Origin: a virus
IMG/VR virus record: IMGVR_UViG_3300021962_000054
Coordinates: 1 to 64,000 of that record
DNA length: 64,000 nt
Reading direction: 5' to 3' (one strand)
A model generated the notes under the pieces. The model searched no databases. It saw only the letters and a program-made list of their open reading frames with translations, and was not told where the DNA came from. Positions 29,901-39,812 of the stretch are shown here, one piece after another. Made by a program: the position numbers and the translations under genes. Each line of letters starts with the position of its first letter. Position 1 is the first letter of the stretch.

Positions 29901-32170
29901 CAGCAGGTACTGTAACAACAGCAGCACAACCAAATATCACATCAGTTGGTACTTTATCATCACTAGCAGTTACAGGTAACGCAAGTGCCGGTAACATCTC
30001 AACAGGTGGTGTACTAAGTGTAACAGGCAACGCTAACGTCGGTAATATCGGTGCAACTAATGGCGTGTTCACAAGTGTGAGCGGCAATGGTTCAGCACTA
30101 ACAGCACTTACTGGTGCTAACGTAACTGGTCAAGTAGGCAATGCTCTTGTATCAGGTACAGTATACACTAATGCTCAACCTAACATCACTAGCGTAGGTA
30201 CATTGACTGGATTGACACTAGGTGGCAATCTAGCGATGGGCAACTATAATATCACAGGTCTTGCTGAGCCAGTAAATTCAACTGACGCAGCAACTAAGCA
30301 ATATGTTGATAGTGTTGCTGAAGGTCTACACACTCATGATAGTTGTAATGCTGCTACAACAGGCACATTGGCAACAATCTCAGGTGGTACTGTAACTTAT
30401 AACAACGGTTCAAGTGGTGTTGGCGCAACATTGACAACTACAGGATCATATACAACTATTGATAGCGTAACACTATCAGATGGTATGCGTATCCTTGTCA
30501 AGAACGAAGCAAACGCAGCACACAACGGCATCTATGTAAGATCAAGTTCAACTGTTCTAACAAGAGCAACTGACTTTGACACACCAGCAGAGATGGCAGG
30601 TGGTGACTTTACATTCGTCAACGGCGGCTCATTGTATGATAACACCGGTTGGGTAATGACTGATCCAGTCACAACAGTTGGTACAAGTGATGTAAACTGG
30701 GTACAATTCTCAGGTGCAGGTACTTACACAGCAGGTACTGGTTTGACATTGACTGGTAGTCAGTTTAGTGTCAATGCAAGTCAGACACAGATCACTAGTG
30801 TTGGTACACTAGGTTCACTAACTGTGACTGGTACTGCAACTGCTGGCAACTTATCAACAGGTGGCACATTGAGCGTGACTGGCAATGCTAACGTCGGTAA
30901 TATCGGCGCAGCAGCAGGCGTGTTCACAAGCGTAAGCGGCAATGGTTCTGCTCTAACTGCACTAAACGCAAGCAATATCTCAACTGGTACTCTTGCTCAA
31001 GCAAGATTAGCAAACGCAAGTTTGACACTTGGTAGCACTACACTAACATTAGGTGGTACAACTACTACAGTTGCAGGCTTGTCAAGCGTAACATCAACAA
31101 CATTTGTTGGTGCATTGACTGGTGCAGCAACTACAGCAGGTACTGTAACAACAGCAGCACAGCCTAACATCACTAGTGTTGGTACACTATCATCATTGAC
31201 TATCGCAGCAAACGGTGATATCTCAATGAGCGGCACTGGTTCAAACATCAATGGTGTATACTTAGTAAGTGCTACTTATTTTGACGGTGATGGTTCTAAC
31301 TTAAGTTCTATCGCAGGTGGTAACGTAACTGGTACGGTAGCAAATGCTACTTACGCAGTAAGCGCAGGTAGCGCAGGTAGCGCAACTACAGCAGGTACTG
31401 TAACAACAGCAGCACAACCAAACATCACTAGTGTTGGTACATTGTCATCACTAAGTGTAAGTGGTAACGCAAACGTTGGCAACATCGGTGCAGCAGCAGG
31501 TGTGTTTACAACTGTAAGTGGCAGCGGTGCAGCGTTGACATCATTGAATGGTAGCAATATCAGTACTGGTACAATCGCAGCAGCCCGCGTTGCAACATTG
31601 AACCAAAACACAACTGGTTATGCTGCAACAGTATCAAGTGCTGCACAGCCAAACATCACTAGCGTTGGTACACTAACTTCACTAAGTGTAAGTGGTAGCA
31701 TCACGAATGCTAACCTAACAACCGGTGCAAACAGTACAGCAGGTAGCATAACTGGTAACTGGACATTGACTACTGGATCAAGATTACAAGCAACATACGC
31801 TGACTTGGCAGAAAAATATGTCTCAGACGCAGATTATGAAGTCGGCACAGTTCTTGTATTCGGCGGAGAACATGAAGTAACTCTAGCAAATGAGTTTGAT
31901 TCACATCGCGTAGCAGGTGTAGTATCTCATAATGCAGCATACATCATGAATGCAGGATGCGAAGGTGAACATGTAGTTGACTTAGCATTGACAGGTCGTG
32001 TCCCAGTCAAGGTACATGGTCCAGTCGCTAAGGGTGACTTGATGGTAACTGGTGAAAACGGTCACGCAGTCGCTAACAACATGGCACGTGCAGGTACAAT
32101 ACTTGGTAAGGCGCTTCAAAACTTTGAAGGCGGTTCAGGTATAATTGAAGTTGTAGTCGGTAGAGTATAA
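26927..32170 (+). CDS. Long fibre protein 6 with C-terminal intramolecular chaperone (peptidase G2-like) domain
   Basis: 1747 aa of QPNITSVGTL repeats; ends YADLAEKY...GVVS...GRVPVKV.G...GD....ILGKAL. Confidence 0.8.
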   Translation: MLILKQNAANTVPTPPSGKGTIFLDDSDVLSVKTSDGNVENFPTVAASNSQVVFIDGTSLSGDNSLLYNFNTNVLTLTGNVAAGNVKTDNLLYANGNPWDLSDPGGSNTEIQFNDDESFGGSSAFTFNKTTNAVSMGGALTVTGNASAGNLSTGGVLSVTGNANVGNLGTAGLIVATGNVTGGNLVTSGTGSVGELAVSGNAVITGNLAVNGNVVYVNVETLDVEDPIIVLGGGPNGAAPTTDDGKDRGTQLQYYSGSAKNAFMGWDNSNAEFGMGAVVSIVNDVVTFSTYGNLRVANIIGNGQALSGLTGANVTGTVANATHASTANTVVDAAQPNITSVGTLSSVAVTGNASANNFNAATYVVASSVYANAGTVAGDFVSANTDVTANRNLHGGNVYANSGLIQSNNATVTATLSAGNVKTDNLLYANGNPWDLSDPGGSNTAIQFNDDESFGGSAAFTFDKSSNLVSVTANLDANNLNATTHITSGNVWANSGTIGASLLTGTLTTASQPNVTSLGTLSGLSVNGNITAANITANTGVFTGNGSGLSALAGANVTGTVANATHASTANTVVDAAQPNITSVGTLTSLAVTGNATAGNVYANSGTVGASLLTGTLTTAAQPNVTSLGTLSSLAVTGNVAAGNVYSNSGTIGASLLTGTLTTASQPNVTAVGTLTGLAVNGNITAANITANTGVFTGNGSGLSAIAGANVTGTVANATHSSTANTVVDAAQANITSVGTLTGLSVDGSNITLANGVFVGNGSGLSALAGANVTGTVANATHASTANTVVDAAQPNITSVGTLTSLAVTGNASAGNISTAGIFSGNGSGLSAIAGANVTGEVTFAATANAVAGANVSGEVGFAAVANSVAGANVSGQVANALVAGTVYTAAQPNITSVGTLTSLAVTGNVSAGNVSATAGDFTSVSGNGSALTALNASNISTGTLAQARLANASVTLGSTALTLGATVTTVTGLSSVTSTTFVGALTGAATTAGTVTTAAQPNITSVGTLSSLAVTGNASAGNISTGGVLSVTGNANVGNIGATNGVFTSVSGNGSALTALTGANVTGQVGNALVSGTVYTNAQPNITSVGTLTGLTLGGNLAMGNYNITGLAEPVNSTDAATKQYVDSVAEGLHTHDSCNAATTGTLATISGGTVTYNNGSSGVGATLTTTGSYTTIDSVTLSDGMRILVKNEANAAHNGIYVRSSSTVLTRATDFDTPAEMAGGDFTFVNGGSLYDNTGWVMTDPVTTVGTSDVNWVQFSGAGTYTAGTGLTLTGSQFSVNASQTQITSVGTLGSLTVTGTATAGNLSTGGTLSVTGNANVGNIGAAAGVFTSVSGNGSALTALNASNISTGTLAQARLANASLTLGSTTLTLGGTTTTVAGLSSVTSTTFVGALTGAATTAGTVTTAAQPNITSVGTLSSLTIAANGDISMSGTGSNINGVYLVSATYFDGDGSNLSSIAGGNVTGTVANATYAVSAGSAGSATTAGTVTTAAQPNITSVGTLSSLSVSGNANVGNIGAAAGVFTTVSGSGAALTSLNGSNISTGTIAAARVATLNQNTTGYAATVSSAAQPNITSVGTLTSLSVSGSITNANLTTGANSTAGSITGNWTLTTGSRLQATYADLAEKYVSDADYEVGTVLVFGGEHEVTLANEFDSHRVAGVVSHNAAYIMNAGCEGEHVVDLALTGRVPVKVHGPVAKGDLMVTGENGHAVANNMARAGTILGKALQNFEGGSGIIEVVVGRV

Positions 32171-32204
32171 TCTCTACCGGCTTATCTTTGACGATAAGTA
32201 CACT

Positions 32205-32648
32205 GTGACGAATATTTTCCTCGCAGACTACGAGTCTCGCCTACAATCTTGGGCAAAACTTAGATTTGACTTATATGATAAACCTCTAGATAAAATTTGT
32301 TTAGAGGTTGATCAATTTTGGCAACGTGTTCCAACCCAACAACATTATCTACACACGGATTTTATAAAAGATTGGCCTAATCCTTGGCAATTATTATCAG
32401 ACAATACATATTGTTATTATGCCCGTGCTTTGGGTATGATATACACATTGTTGTTACTGGGCAACAGAAACATTGACCTTGTTGACGCAGTAGACGATAA
32501 TAGTAACGAAGTGGTATTAGTCCTAGTTGATAACGCAAAATATGTGCTGAATTACTGGCCCGACACGGCAGTAAATAATTGCATCAGTGACTTTGCGATA
32601 ACTAGACAACACGATATAACACCGCTTTACTCTAAGATAGGTCGATAA
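32205..32648 (+). CDS. Hypothetical protein (possible transglutaminase-like Cys fold)
   Basis: GTG start after gataagta; WPNPWQLL..N.YC...RALG..YTL. Confidence 0.55.
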   Translation: MTNIFLADYESRLQSWAKLRFDLYDKPLDKICLEVDQFWQRVPTQQHYLHTDFIKDWPNPWQLLSDNTYCYYARALGMIYTLLLLGNRNIDLVDAVDDNSNEVVLVLVDNAKYVLNYWPDTAVNNCISDFAITRQHDITPLYSKIGR

Positions 32649-34960
32649 TGAAAATAAATGTAGTAAAAAGAAACGGAAATAAAGAACCACTGGCCATAGA
32701 AAAATGGCAACAACAAGTAGCAAAAGTTTGTAATGGCGTAGCAGATATCAGTCAGAGTATGATTGAGATCAAGGCTCAACCACACTTTCATGACGGTATC
32801 ACTACTAGAGAAATTGACGAGATTACATTACGTGCTATCGTAGATTTGATCGACAGCGACACTAATCCAGATATCGGTCATACCAATTATCAATTCGTAG
32901 CAGGTAAGCAAAGATTATCAATGCTACGCAAAGATGTTTATGGAAGTTACACACCGCCCAGTCTATACGGTATAGTAAAGAAAAATGTAGAGTTGGGGCT
33001 ATACACTAGTGATTTATTAGAATGGTACACTGAAGAAGAATTCAATAAAATGGACGAGATGATCGACCATGAAAAAGATGAACAATATAGTTACGCAGCC
33101 ATCGAACAATTGATTGAGAAATATCTTGTCCGCAATCGTGCTACCAAAGAAATCTATGAGACACCCCAAATTCGCTACATGATCGCGGCAGCAACAGTAT
33201 TTCATAATGAAGATAAGGCACAACGACTAAAATATATCAAAGAATATTACACTTGTGCTAGTGACGGATTATTCACATTAGCCACTCCCGTTCTTGCTGG
33301 TCTTGGAACACCGACTAAGCAGTTTAGTTCTTGTGTTCTCATCAGATCAGATGATGACCTCGATTCAATATTCGCATCAGGCGAGATGATGGCTAAGTAT
33401 GCTAGCAAACGTGCTGGCATCGGTCTTGAGATCGGACGTTTACGCCCATTGGGTAGTCCTATTCGCGGTGGCGAAGTCATGCACACTGGCATGATCCCGT
33501 TCTTAAAGAAGTGGTATGGTGATTTACGTTCATGCTCACAGGGTGGTATTCGTAATGCGTCAGCAACAATATTCTACCCAATATGGCACTATCAGTTTGA
33601 CGATTTGATCGTATTGAAGAATAACCAAGGAACTGATGAAACTAGAGTACGTCATATGGACTATGGCGTAGTACTATCAGCATTCTTCTTCAAAAGGTTC
33701 AAAAACCGTGAAAATATAACGTTTTTTGACCCCAACGAAGTTCCTGATTTATACGAAGCGTTCTATACAAATACTCAGAAGTTTGAAGAACTTTACGTCA
33801 AATATGAAAAACGTAAGGATTTACGCAAAAAAGTGATGAACGCTGAAGATGTATTCAAGGGCGGTATATTGAAAGAAAGAACGGATACTGGACGTATCTA
33901 TCTAGTATTCATCGATAACGTAATGAACCAGGGTCCGTTTGATCCAGAATATCACACAATCTATCAAAGCAATCTATGTTGCGAGATATTGCTCCCAACT
34001 AAGCCATTCAAAAGATTAGATGATCCAGACGGTCGTATCGCACTATGTACATTGGGCAGCATCAATTGGGGTGCTTTCCGTAACCCAGAAGATATGCGTA
34101 GAGCATGTCGCATATTACAACGTAGTTTGTGTAACATACTTGACTATCAGGACTTCTTGTCAATACAAAGCAAGTTGAGTAACGATGAAATACAACCATT
34201 AGGAATTGGTGTTACTAATCTTGCTTACTGGCATGCAAAGCGTGGCATAAAGTATGGCGAGAGTGATAGTCTACAAGAAGTCAAAACTTGGATGGAGCAT
34301 CAGGCATATTATTTGACTGAAGCCACTGTTGAACTTGCCAAAGAACGAGGTAAGTGTGTAGATAGTGATAAGACACGTTATGGTCAAGGTATTTTCCCTT
34401 GGGAGCATAGAGCTTCCGGTGTGAACAAACTCGCAGATTTCAAGCCCGAGTTAGACTGGGAACCACTCCGAGAAGAGATGAAGCAATATGGTGTTAGAAA
34501 TGCCACACTGATGGCAATCGCCCCTGTTGAGAGTTCGTCAGTAGTGATAAACTCTACTAACGGCATAGAAATGCCTATGTCGTTGATCACGGTCAAAGAG
34601 TCAAAAGCGGGTTCGTTCACACAGGTCGTACCAGAATACAACAAGCTGAAGAATAAATATCAACTCATGTGGGATCAAACTGACTGTATCGGATACTTGA
34701 AAACAGCAGCAGTACTCGCTGCGTATGTTGATCAAAGTATTAGCACAAACACATTCTATAATCCTGCACACTTTGAAGGGCGTAAAGTTCCTTCAACATT
34801 GATCGCTAAGAATTTGATGTTAGCACATCAATATGGATTGAAGACTTTCTACTACAGTTTGATCAATAAGGCTGGATCTAAAGTAGAAGAAGAACAACAG
34901 ACCGAACAAGCTGAACATCAAGTAGTAAGCGAAGAAGATTGCGAAAGCTGTAAACTATAA
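32648..34960 (+). CDS. nrdA: Ribonucleotide reductase class Ia alpha subunit
   Basis: ATP-cone VVKRNG, QFSSCVL, SNLCCEI, APVESSS, KTFYY, C-terminal CESCKL. Confidence 0.97.
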   Translation: MKINVVKRNGNKEPLAIEKWQQQVAKVCNGVADISQSMIEIKAQPHFHDGITTREIDEITLRAIVDLIDSDTNPDIGHTNYQFVAGKQRLSMLRKDVYGSYTPPSLYGIVKKNVELGLYTSDLLEWYTEEEFNKMDEMIDHEKDEQYSYAAIEQLIEKYLVRNRATKEIYETPQIRYMIAAATVFHNEDKAQRLKYIKEYYTCASDGLFTLATPVLAGLGTPTKQFSSCVLIRSDDDLDSIFASGEMMAKYASKRAGIGLEIGRLRPLGSPIRGGEVMHTGMIPFLKKWYGDLRSCSQGGIRNASATIFYPIWHYQFDDLIVLKNNQGTDETRVRHMDYGVVLSAFFFKRFKNRENITFFDPNEVPDLYEAFYTNTQKFEELYVKYEKRKDLRKKVMNAEDVFKGGILKERTDTGRIYLVFIDNVMNQGPFDPEYHTIYQSNLCCEILLPTKPFKRLDDPDGRIALCTLGSINWGAFRNPEDMRRACRILQRSLCNILDYQDFLSIQSKLSNDEIQPLGIGVTNLAYWHAKRGIKYGESDSLQEVKTWMEHQAYYLTEATVELAKERGKCVDSDKTRYGQGIFPWEHRASGVNKLADFKPELDWEPLREEMKQYGVRNATLMAIAPVESSSVVINSTNGIEMPMSLITVKESKAGSFTQVVPEYNKLKNKYQLMWDQTDCIGYLKTAAVLAAYVDQSISTNTFYNPAHFEGRKVPSTLIAKNLMLAHQYGLKTFYYSLINKAGSKVEEEQQTEQAEHQVVSEEDCESCKL

Positions 34961-34961
34961 T

Positions 34962-35276
34962 ATGACAATAGTCCAAAAATTTATTTGGGAATATCCTGAC
35001 GGTATACAGTCAACATTAGATGATTGGGTATTGACTTTAAGTGAATATGAACAAAAACGATTCGAAGAGGCACGAAAAAACACAGATATAGGAAGACAGC
35101 AGGCTATAGATGAAGGCAGATTGATTTTAACTGATGACGGTCAATATACATGGAAAGATCAAGAAGCATTCGCACAACATAAGTATCAAGATCCTATTTG
35201 GGAAGAATACTTCAATCGATGGCTTACAGAAACAGGAATTACTTGTCGTTGGGAAATGATTGATCAAGATTTGTGA
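34962..35276 (+). CDS. Hypothetical protein between nrdA and nrdB
   Basis: Intact 104-aa ORF filling the gap. Confidence 0.6.
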   Translation: MTIVQKFIWEYPDGIQSTLDDWVLTLSEYEQKRFEEARKNTDIGRQQAIDEGRLILTDDGQYTWKDQEAFAQHKYQDPIWEEYFNRWLTETGITCRWEMIDQDL

Positions 35277-35317
35277 ACACGACTCTGTAAAATAGTACTA
35301 GCATCAGGAAATTACAA

Positions 35318-36418
35318 ATGAGCAAAGAACAATATAACCTAAAAACTAAAACTGATTATTTGAATCGCAAGATGTTCTTGGATCCAAAAGGTCCAGTAAC
35401 CATTCAAAGATTTGAAGAAGTAAAATACAACAAATTACAGAAACTAGAACAAACAGCTAGAGGTTTCTTCTGGGTTCCAGAAGAAGTCAGTCTCACTAAA
35501 GATGCTAATGATTTCAAAGAAAGTAGTGATGCTGTGAAGCATATCTTTACAAGCAACCTATTACGTCAGACTGCCCTTGATAGTTTACAAGGTCGCGGCC
35601 CTAGCCAGATATTCACTCCAGTCATCTCATTACCAGAACTAGAAGCATTAGTCTATAATTGGACATTCTTTGAAACTAATATTCATAGTCGTTCTTATTC
35701 ACACATCATTCGCAACATCTATAATGTACCAAAAGATGTTTTCAATACTATACACGATACTAAAGAAATCGTTGATATGGCAAGTAGTGTTGGCAAGTAT
35801 TATGATGATTTACATTTGCTCAACTGTAAAGTAGAAGCAGGGGAAAAGGTAAAAGAAAGTGATCATATCAAAGCGATCTGGTTAGCACTCAACGCAAGTT
35901 ACGCACTTGAAGCATTTAGATTCATGGTCAGTTTTGCCACAAGCCTCGCAATGGTTGAAAATAAAATCTTTATCGGTAATGGGAATGTCATCAGTTTGAT
36001 ATTACAAGACGAATTGCTACATAAAGAATGGACAGCATGGATCATCAATCAAGTTGTCAAAGAAGATCCAAGATTCGCAAAAGCAAAAGAACAATGTGAA
36101 ACTGAAGTTTATGAGATGTATATGGATGTTATCCGCGAAGAAAAAGATTGGGCAGACTATTTGTTCATCAAGGGCAATGTTATTGGACTCAATGCAAATA
36201 TATTGAAAGATTTCGTTGACTTCACTGCCAACACAGCACTCAAAGACATTGGTATCAAGTACCAAAATCCTGCACCCAAAATTACTCCTATACCTTGGTT
36301 CAACAAGCATAGCGATACTAGCAAAAAGCAAACAGCATTGCAGGAAAACGAAAGTACTAATTACGTCATTGGCGTGATGAGTGACCAACTAAATTATGAC
36401 GATCTACCGTCACTATAA
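35318..36418 (+). CDS. nrdB: Ribonucleotide reductase class Ia beta subunit
   Basis: FFWVPEEV, LDSLQGR, ETNIHSRSY, EAFRF..SF, DELLH. Confidence 0.97.
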   Translation: MSKEQYNLKTKTDYLNRKMFLDPKGPVTIQRFEEVKYNKLQKLEQTARGFFWVPEEVSLTKDANDFKESSDAVKHIFTSNLLRQTALDSLQGRGPSQIFTPVISLPELEALVYNWTFFETNIHSRSYSHIIRNIYNVPKDVFNTIHDTKEIVDMASSVGKYYDDLHLLNCKVEAGEKVKESDHIKAIWLALNASYALEAFRFMVSFATSLAMVENKIFIGNGNVISLILQDELLHKEWTAWIINQVVKEDPRFAKAKEQCETEVYEMYMDVIREEKDWADYLFIKGNVIGLNANILKDFVDFTANTALKDIGIKYQNPAPKITPIPWFNKHSDTSKKQTALQENESTNYVIGVMSDQLNYDDLPSL

Positions 36419-36444
36419 TATATAATAAACATAAGGAGAATAAA

Positions 36445-36675
36445 ATGAAAGCCATTGTATGGAGCAAACCTGATTGTCCCTATTGCGTAGTAGCAAAAAA
36501 ATTATTAGAAACTAAAGGATATCAAGTGGAAGAAAGAAGAATAGGATTCGGGTGGAATAGAGAACAATTGCTTGAAGCAGTACCGCACGCACGTACAGTA
36601 CCGCAGATATTTTTAGATGGACAGTATATCGGCGGAAGCGACGATCTAAAAAAATATTTCAATGAGGCAAAATAA
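36445..36675 (+). CDS. nrdC: Glutaredoxin
   Basis: CPYC, TVPQIF, IGG. Confidence 0.92.
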   Translation: MKAIVWSKPDCPYCVVAKKLLETKGYQVEERRIGFGWNREQLLEAVPHARTVPQIFLDGQYIGGSDDLKKYFNEAK

Positions 36676-36978
36676 ATGCAATTAGTAAAAGACGAGATTT
36701 ATACATTCAAACTCAATAGCGGTGAAGAATTGATCGCTAAAATCGTAGAAGTGACAGAAACATATCTAGTTCTCACTGAACCCGTGAGTATCGGTCCTAG
36801 CCCACAAGGCGGACTTGGACTAGTACCAAGTTTATTTACCTACAATAACCGAGAAAATGTCAGACTAAATACTAGTAGCCTTGCACTAGTAGCCCAAACA
36901 GACGATAATGTAAAGACAAAGTACATCGAAGCAACTACTGGATTACAAGTGCCTGCAAAGAAAGTATTGATAGGATAA
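36676..36978 (+). CDS. Hypothetical protein (Sm-like fold possible)
   Basis: FKLNSGEELIAK...YIEATTGL. Confidence 0.6.
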   Translation: MQLVKDEIYTFKLNSGEELIAKIVEVTETYLVLTEPVSIGPSPQGGLGLVPSLFTYNNRENVRLNTSSLALVAQTDDNVKTKYIEATTGLQVPAKKVLIG

Positions 36979-36981
36979 ACT

Positions 36982-37263
36982 ATGGCAGCAAAAAAACTCA
37001 GTAGGAAGGGAGACAAGAATACAACAGGTGGGGTGTTACAAAAAGGATGCAATACTGTATTTGCCAATAACAAACCAGTAGCAACACATCCTAATAAAAT
37101 TACACCGCATAGTCCTCCTAAACCTAGCATACATAAGAATGCTGTGACTACTGAAGGAAGTCCTACTGTTTTTGCTGAAAATAAGCCAGTTGTTCGTGTA
37201 GATTCTGGAAACAACTGCGGTCACAAAATTGTTGAAGGAAGCGAGAACGTTTTCGTTCCATAA
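36982..37263 (+). CDS. PAAR-domain spike tip protein (T4 gp5.4-like)
   Basis: RKGD, VFANNKPVA, H..H, GSPTVFAENKPVVR, CGH...GSENVF. Confidence 0.85.
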   Translation: MAAKKLSRKGDKNTTGGVLQKGCNTVFANNKPVATHPNKITPHSPPKPSIHKNAVTTEGSPTVFAENKPVVRVDSGNNCGHKIVEGSENVFVP

Positions 37264-37266
37264 CTT

Positions 37267-39810
37267 ATGTCAGACACAGGTATACAAAGTCCGTTAGGTG
37301 TAAACGTTGTTGCATCAACCATCCTAAATGAAGGACTAAGTATCAATCCGGTCGCACAGCGTTTGATCGGAACTAGTCAGACAAATGATACTTACACACC
37401 AGGATCAATAATAAACGATACTTGCTTGTCTTGGGCTACACAATCAATACAAGCGGCATATTATTCAAATGGTTTTAGAGACAGTGACGGCTTATCACCT
37501 ACAGAAATCATAGGTGATTTAGTTGGGATTACAAACTATCTCGGTATATTGACTGTAAAAAAAGTTATAAGAGGAGGAATAATTCCTCGCGGTCAAATTT
37601 TAGTGCAAGATATGCCTATTATATTACCTAGCAATCAAATGACGGGATTTGGTGCTAGATTCGTAATCACAGAAATGGGCGATACAGACTGGGCTAGACA
37701 AGACGTATATGGTTTTCCTCCATATAGTGATGACATGGGGAGATATCAATATGTAATTGAAATTAATCCCCAATCTAGTCCGGGAGTGTATCAGACAGAT
37801 TTTACAGTAGTAGGAGCACCCTCAAATGACGTAGGCACTGTGTTTGAATGCACGGTTTCAGGACCATCACTACCGGGCTATACACAAGGTCAAGTTAGAA
37901 GATTGGGATACAGTGTCGGGACAGTAATAGTCTCAAACGGTAGTGGAATAGGTTATGGTATCAACGGTAAAGGACAAGCACTAACTTTAGGATTCTTTAT
38001 AGGTAACTTAGTTTCGGGTGACGGTAATACACCGGGTAGTCAATGGCAAGTATATTTTCTTGATCCTGGCCCAGGCGCAGCCGGTAAATGGTGTCTGGAT
38101 TATACACCAGATGTAGCTGAATATATGAATTTTACAGACCATACATTTAGATTCCAAGTACCAAATATAACATATTATAATTCTAATATTGATAAAGATA
38201 CCTATGATAATTTACTTGCAATGGGACAAAGCAGAATTCCTGCATTATCAAACAGTTTGCCTCCAACATATCTAATCAATGATCCTTCAAACGTTTGGGG
38301 AGGGCAAGCAACAAGCGGATATGCGATATCAGGTAATGTAGGTCAAGGACAAGAAGCAAAGTGGTTTCCCTACGATACTGACAACAATAACTTTTCTGTC
38401 ACGCAATGGGGTTTTTTACGTTGCCTAGCATTGCAAGCATGGAACGTATTCAACTGGCAAGGATCAAGCCCGCTAAACGAAGATCCAGAATATAAAAATT
38501 ATACTACTCAATTTTTGAATCTAGATGGATTTATAGAACAATCCAATAAAGCATTGATGACATTGCGCAATTCAGTCGAATTTCTTGACGGGACATATAG
38601 TAATATGAATGATCTTATTACCGGCGATATTACCGGTGTAAGTTTATCTACTCAAGCATTTGGTGAAGATTTGACTAATTTAGGAAAAGCGATACCACTA
38701 TCATCAATCGCTAAGTTTGGTTTGCCTAGCGTGTTGTTACAAACACTGCAACAAAATAATGCATTGACACAACCTGTAATATTGGCTTTACTCACAAGCG
38801 GGTTGTCGCAAAATGAAATAAATGACATCAGTGCAGGAAATCTTACACCAAGTGTTGATCAAGAGCAAAAAATTTATGGAGCTTTTAGTGTAATAACCGG
38901 TCAAGATTGTAAAACTATATTGAAAACATTAGGATGTAAAACTAAAGGAATTTTGCAACTCATAGACTTATTGAACGTCAAAAAAATGTTTCCAATCAGC
39001 TATACTAGTTTGACTGTTCCGGTATATAACACTAGCCCCGGACCTACAAATAGTAAAACCTATTACTTATTATTTGTTGATAGAGAAGTTAATCCTCAGC
39101 TTTTTACAAAGAGAATGAAAGAGATGGTGGGAACGATAGAACCGATAGTAGAACCACCCCCGCCTTTGCCGGATCCTCTCCCTACTCCGGTGATAGAAGA
39201 AATTTTAGAGGTAATCGCAGAACCTCCTATATTATTACCTCCGCCACCGACACCGGATATTCCTATTCCGCCAGCAGTGCAACCACCTCCTCCACCACAA
39301 CCAGTGCCTCCACCTGCTCCAGTCAAACAAGGCGGTGGTGGTTGCGTAGCACTAGAGAGTTTCGTGCCACTGGTAGAAACAGAACAAAAGCACAATGGCA
39401 GAGAAATAACAAAAGCCTGGATGCTAGAAAGCGGTATGAAGATAAGTCTTGGCACAGAAGAGTTAGAGATAGTAGACGGCAACGTAGTAAAAACACTCAA
39501 CGATTATCAGCCTTGTGTTAGAATTAGCACAAGCGACGGTATAACACTTGTGTGCAGTACAACTGCTCCTATATTGACAAAAGACAAAGGGTTTATTCCA
39601 GCAACAGAAGTATATGGTAAACGTGTAGCAGTCATGCGTAATGGCGTAACATGGTATGATGAAGTTGTTGGACTAGAAGATGTTGGTATGAAGTTTGTGC
39701 GTGTAATTGACGCAGGTAATAATAGTTTTTGGGCAGGCGAACGTCCTGGATCATTTATACTACACCACAACGTACCAATCAAAGATGGATTCGACTACGA
39801 TAAGAAATAA
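37267..39810 (+). CDS. Putative structural protein with Pro-rich linker and C-terminal Hint domain
   Basis: GGGG-CVALESFV (Cys at 39343), LVCSTTAPI, NSFWAG...ILHHN (ends 39771). Confidence 0.7.
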   Translation: MSDTGIQSPLGVNVVASTILNEGLSINPVAQRLIGTSQTNDTYTPGSIINDTCLSWATQSIQAAYYSNGFRDSDGLSPTEIIGDLVGITNYLGILTVKKVIRGGIIPRGQILVQDMPIILPSNQMTGFGARFVITEMGDTDWARQDVYGFPPYSDDMGRYQYVIEINPQSSPGVYQTDFTVVGAPSNDVGTVFECTVSGPSLPGYTQGQVRRLGYSVGTVIVSNGSGIGYGINGKGQALTLGFFIGNLVSGDGNTPGSQWQVYFLDPGPGAAGKWCLDYTPDVAEYMNFTDHTFRFQVPNITYYNSNIDKDTYDNLLAMGQSRIPALSNSLPPTYLINDPSNVWGGQATSGYAISGNVGQGQEAKWFPYDTDNNNFSVTQWGFLRCLALQAWNVFNWQGSSPLNEDPEYKNYTTQFLNLDGFIEQSNKALMTLRNSVEFLDGTYSNMNDLITGDITGVSLSTQAFGEDLTNLGKAIPLSSIAKFGLPSVLLQTLQQNNALTQPVILALLTSGLSQNEINDISAGNLTPSVDQEQKIYGAFSVITGQDCKTILKTLGCKTKGILQLIDLLNVKKMFPISYTSLTVPVYNTSPGPTNSKTYYLLFVDREVNPQLFTKRMKEMVGTIEPIVEPPPPLPDPLPTPVIEEILEVIAEPPILLPPPPTPDIPIPPAVQPPPPPQPVPPPAPVKQGGGGCVALESFVPLVETEQKHNGREITKAWMLESGMKISLGTEELEIVDGNVVKTLNDYQPCVRISTSDGITLVCSTTAPILTKDKGFIPATEVYGKRVAVMRNGVTWYDEVVGLEDVGMKFVRVIDAGNNSFWAGERPGSFILHHNVPIKDGFDYDKK

Positions 39811-39812
39811 TT

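Noticed and set aside
13254-31611. Many minus-strand ORFs within the fibre genes (and within the tape-measure and head genes)
   Set aside because: Antisense shadows of repetitive, codon-biased plus-strand genes; no start signals or motifs
12964-32170. CRISPR array or diversity-generating retroelement
   Set aside because: Repeats are in-frame coding repeats with synonymous variation; no repeat-spacer pattern, reverse transcriptase or adenine-specific template/variable pair seen
32648-36418. Intein or intron in nrdA/nrdB
   Set aside because: Both have normal length and contiguous motifs; the ORF between them lacks homing-endonuclease motifs
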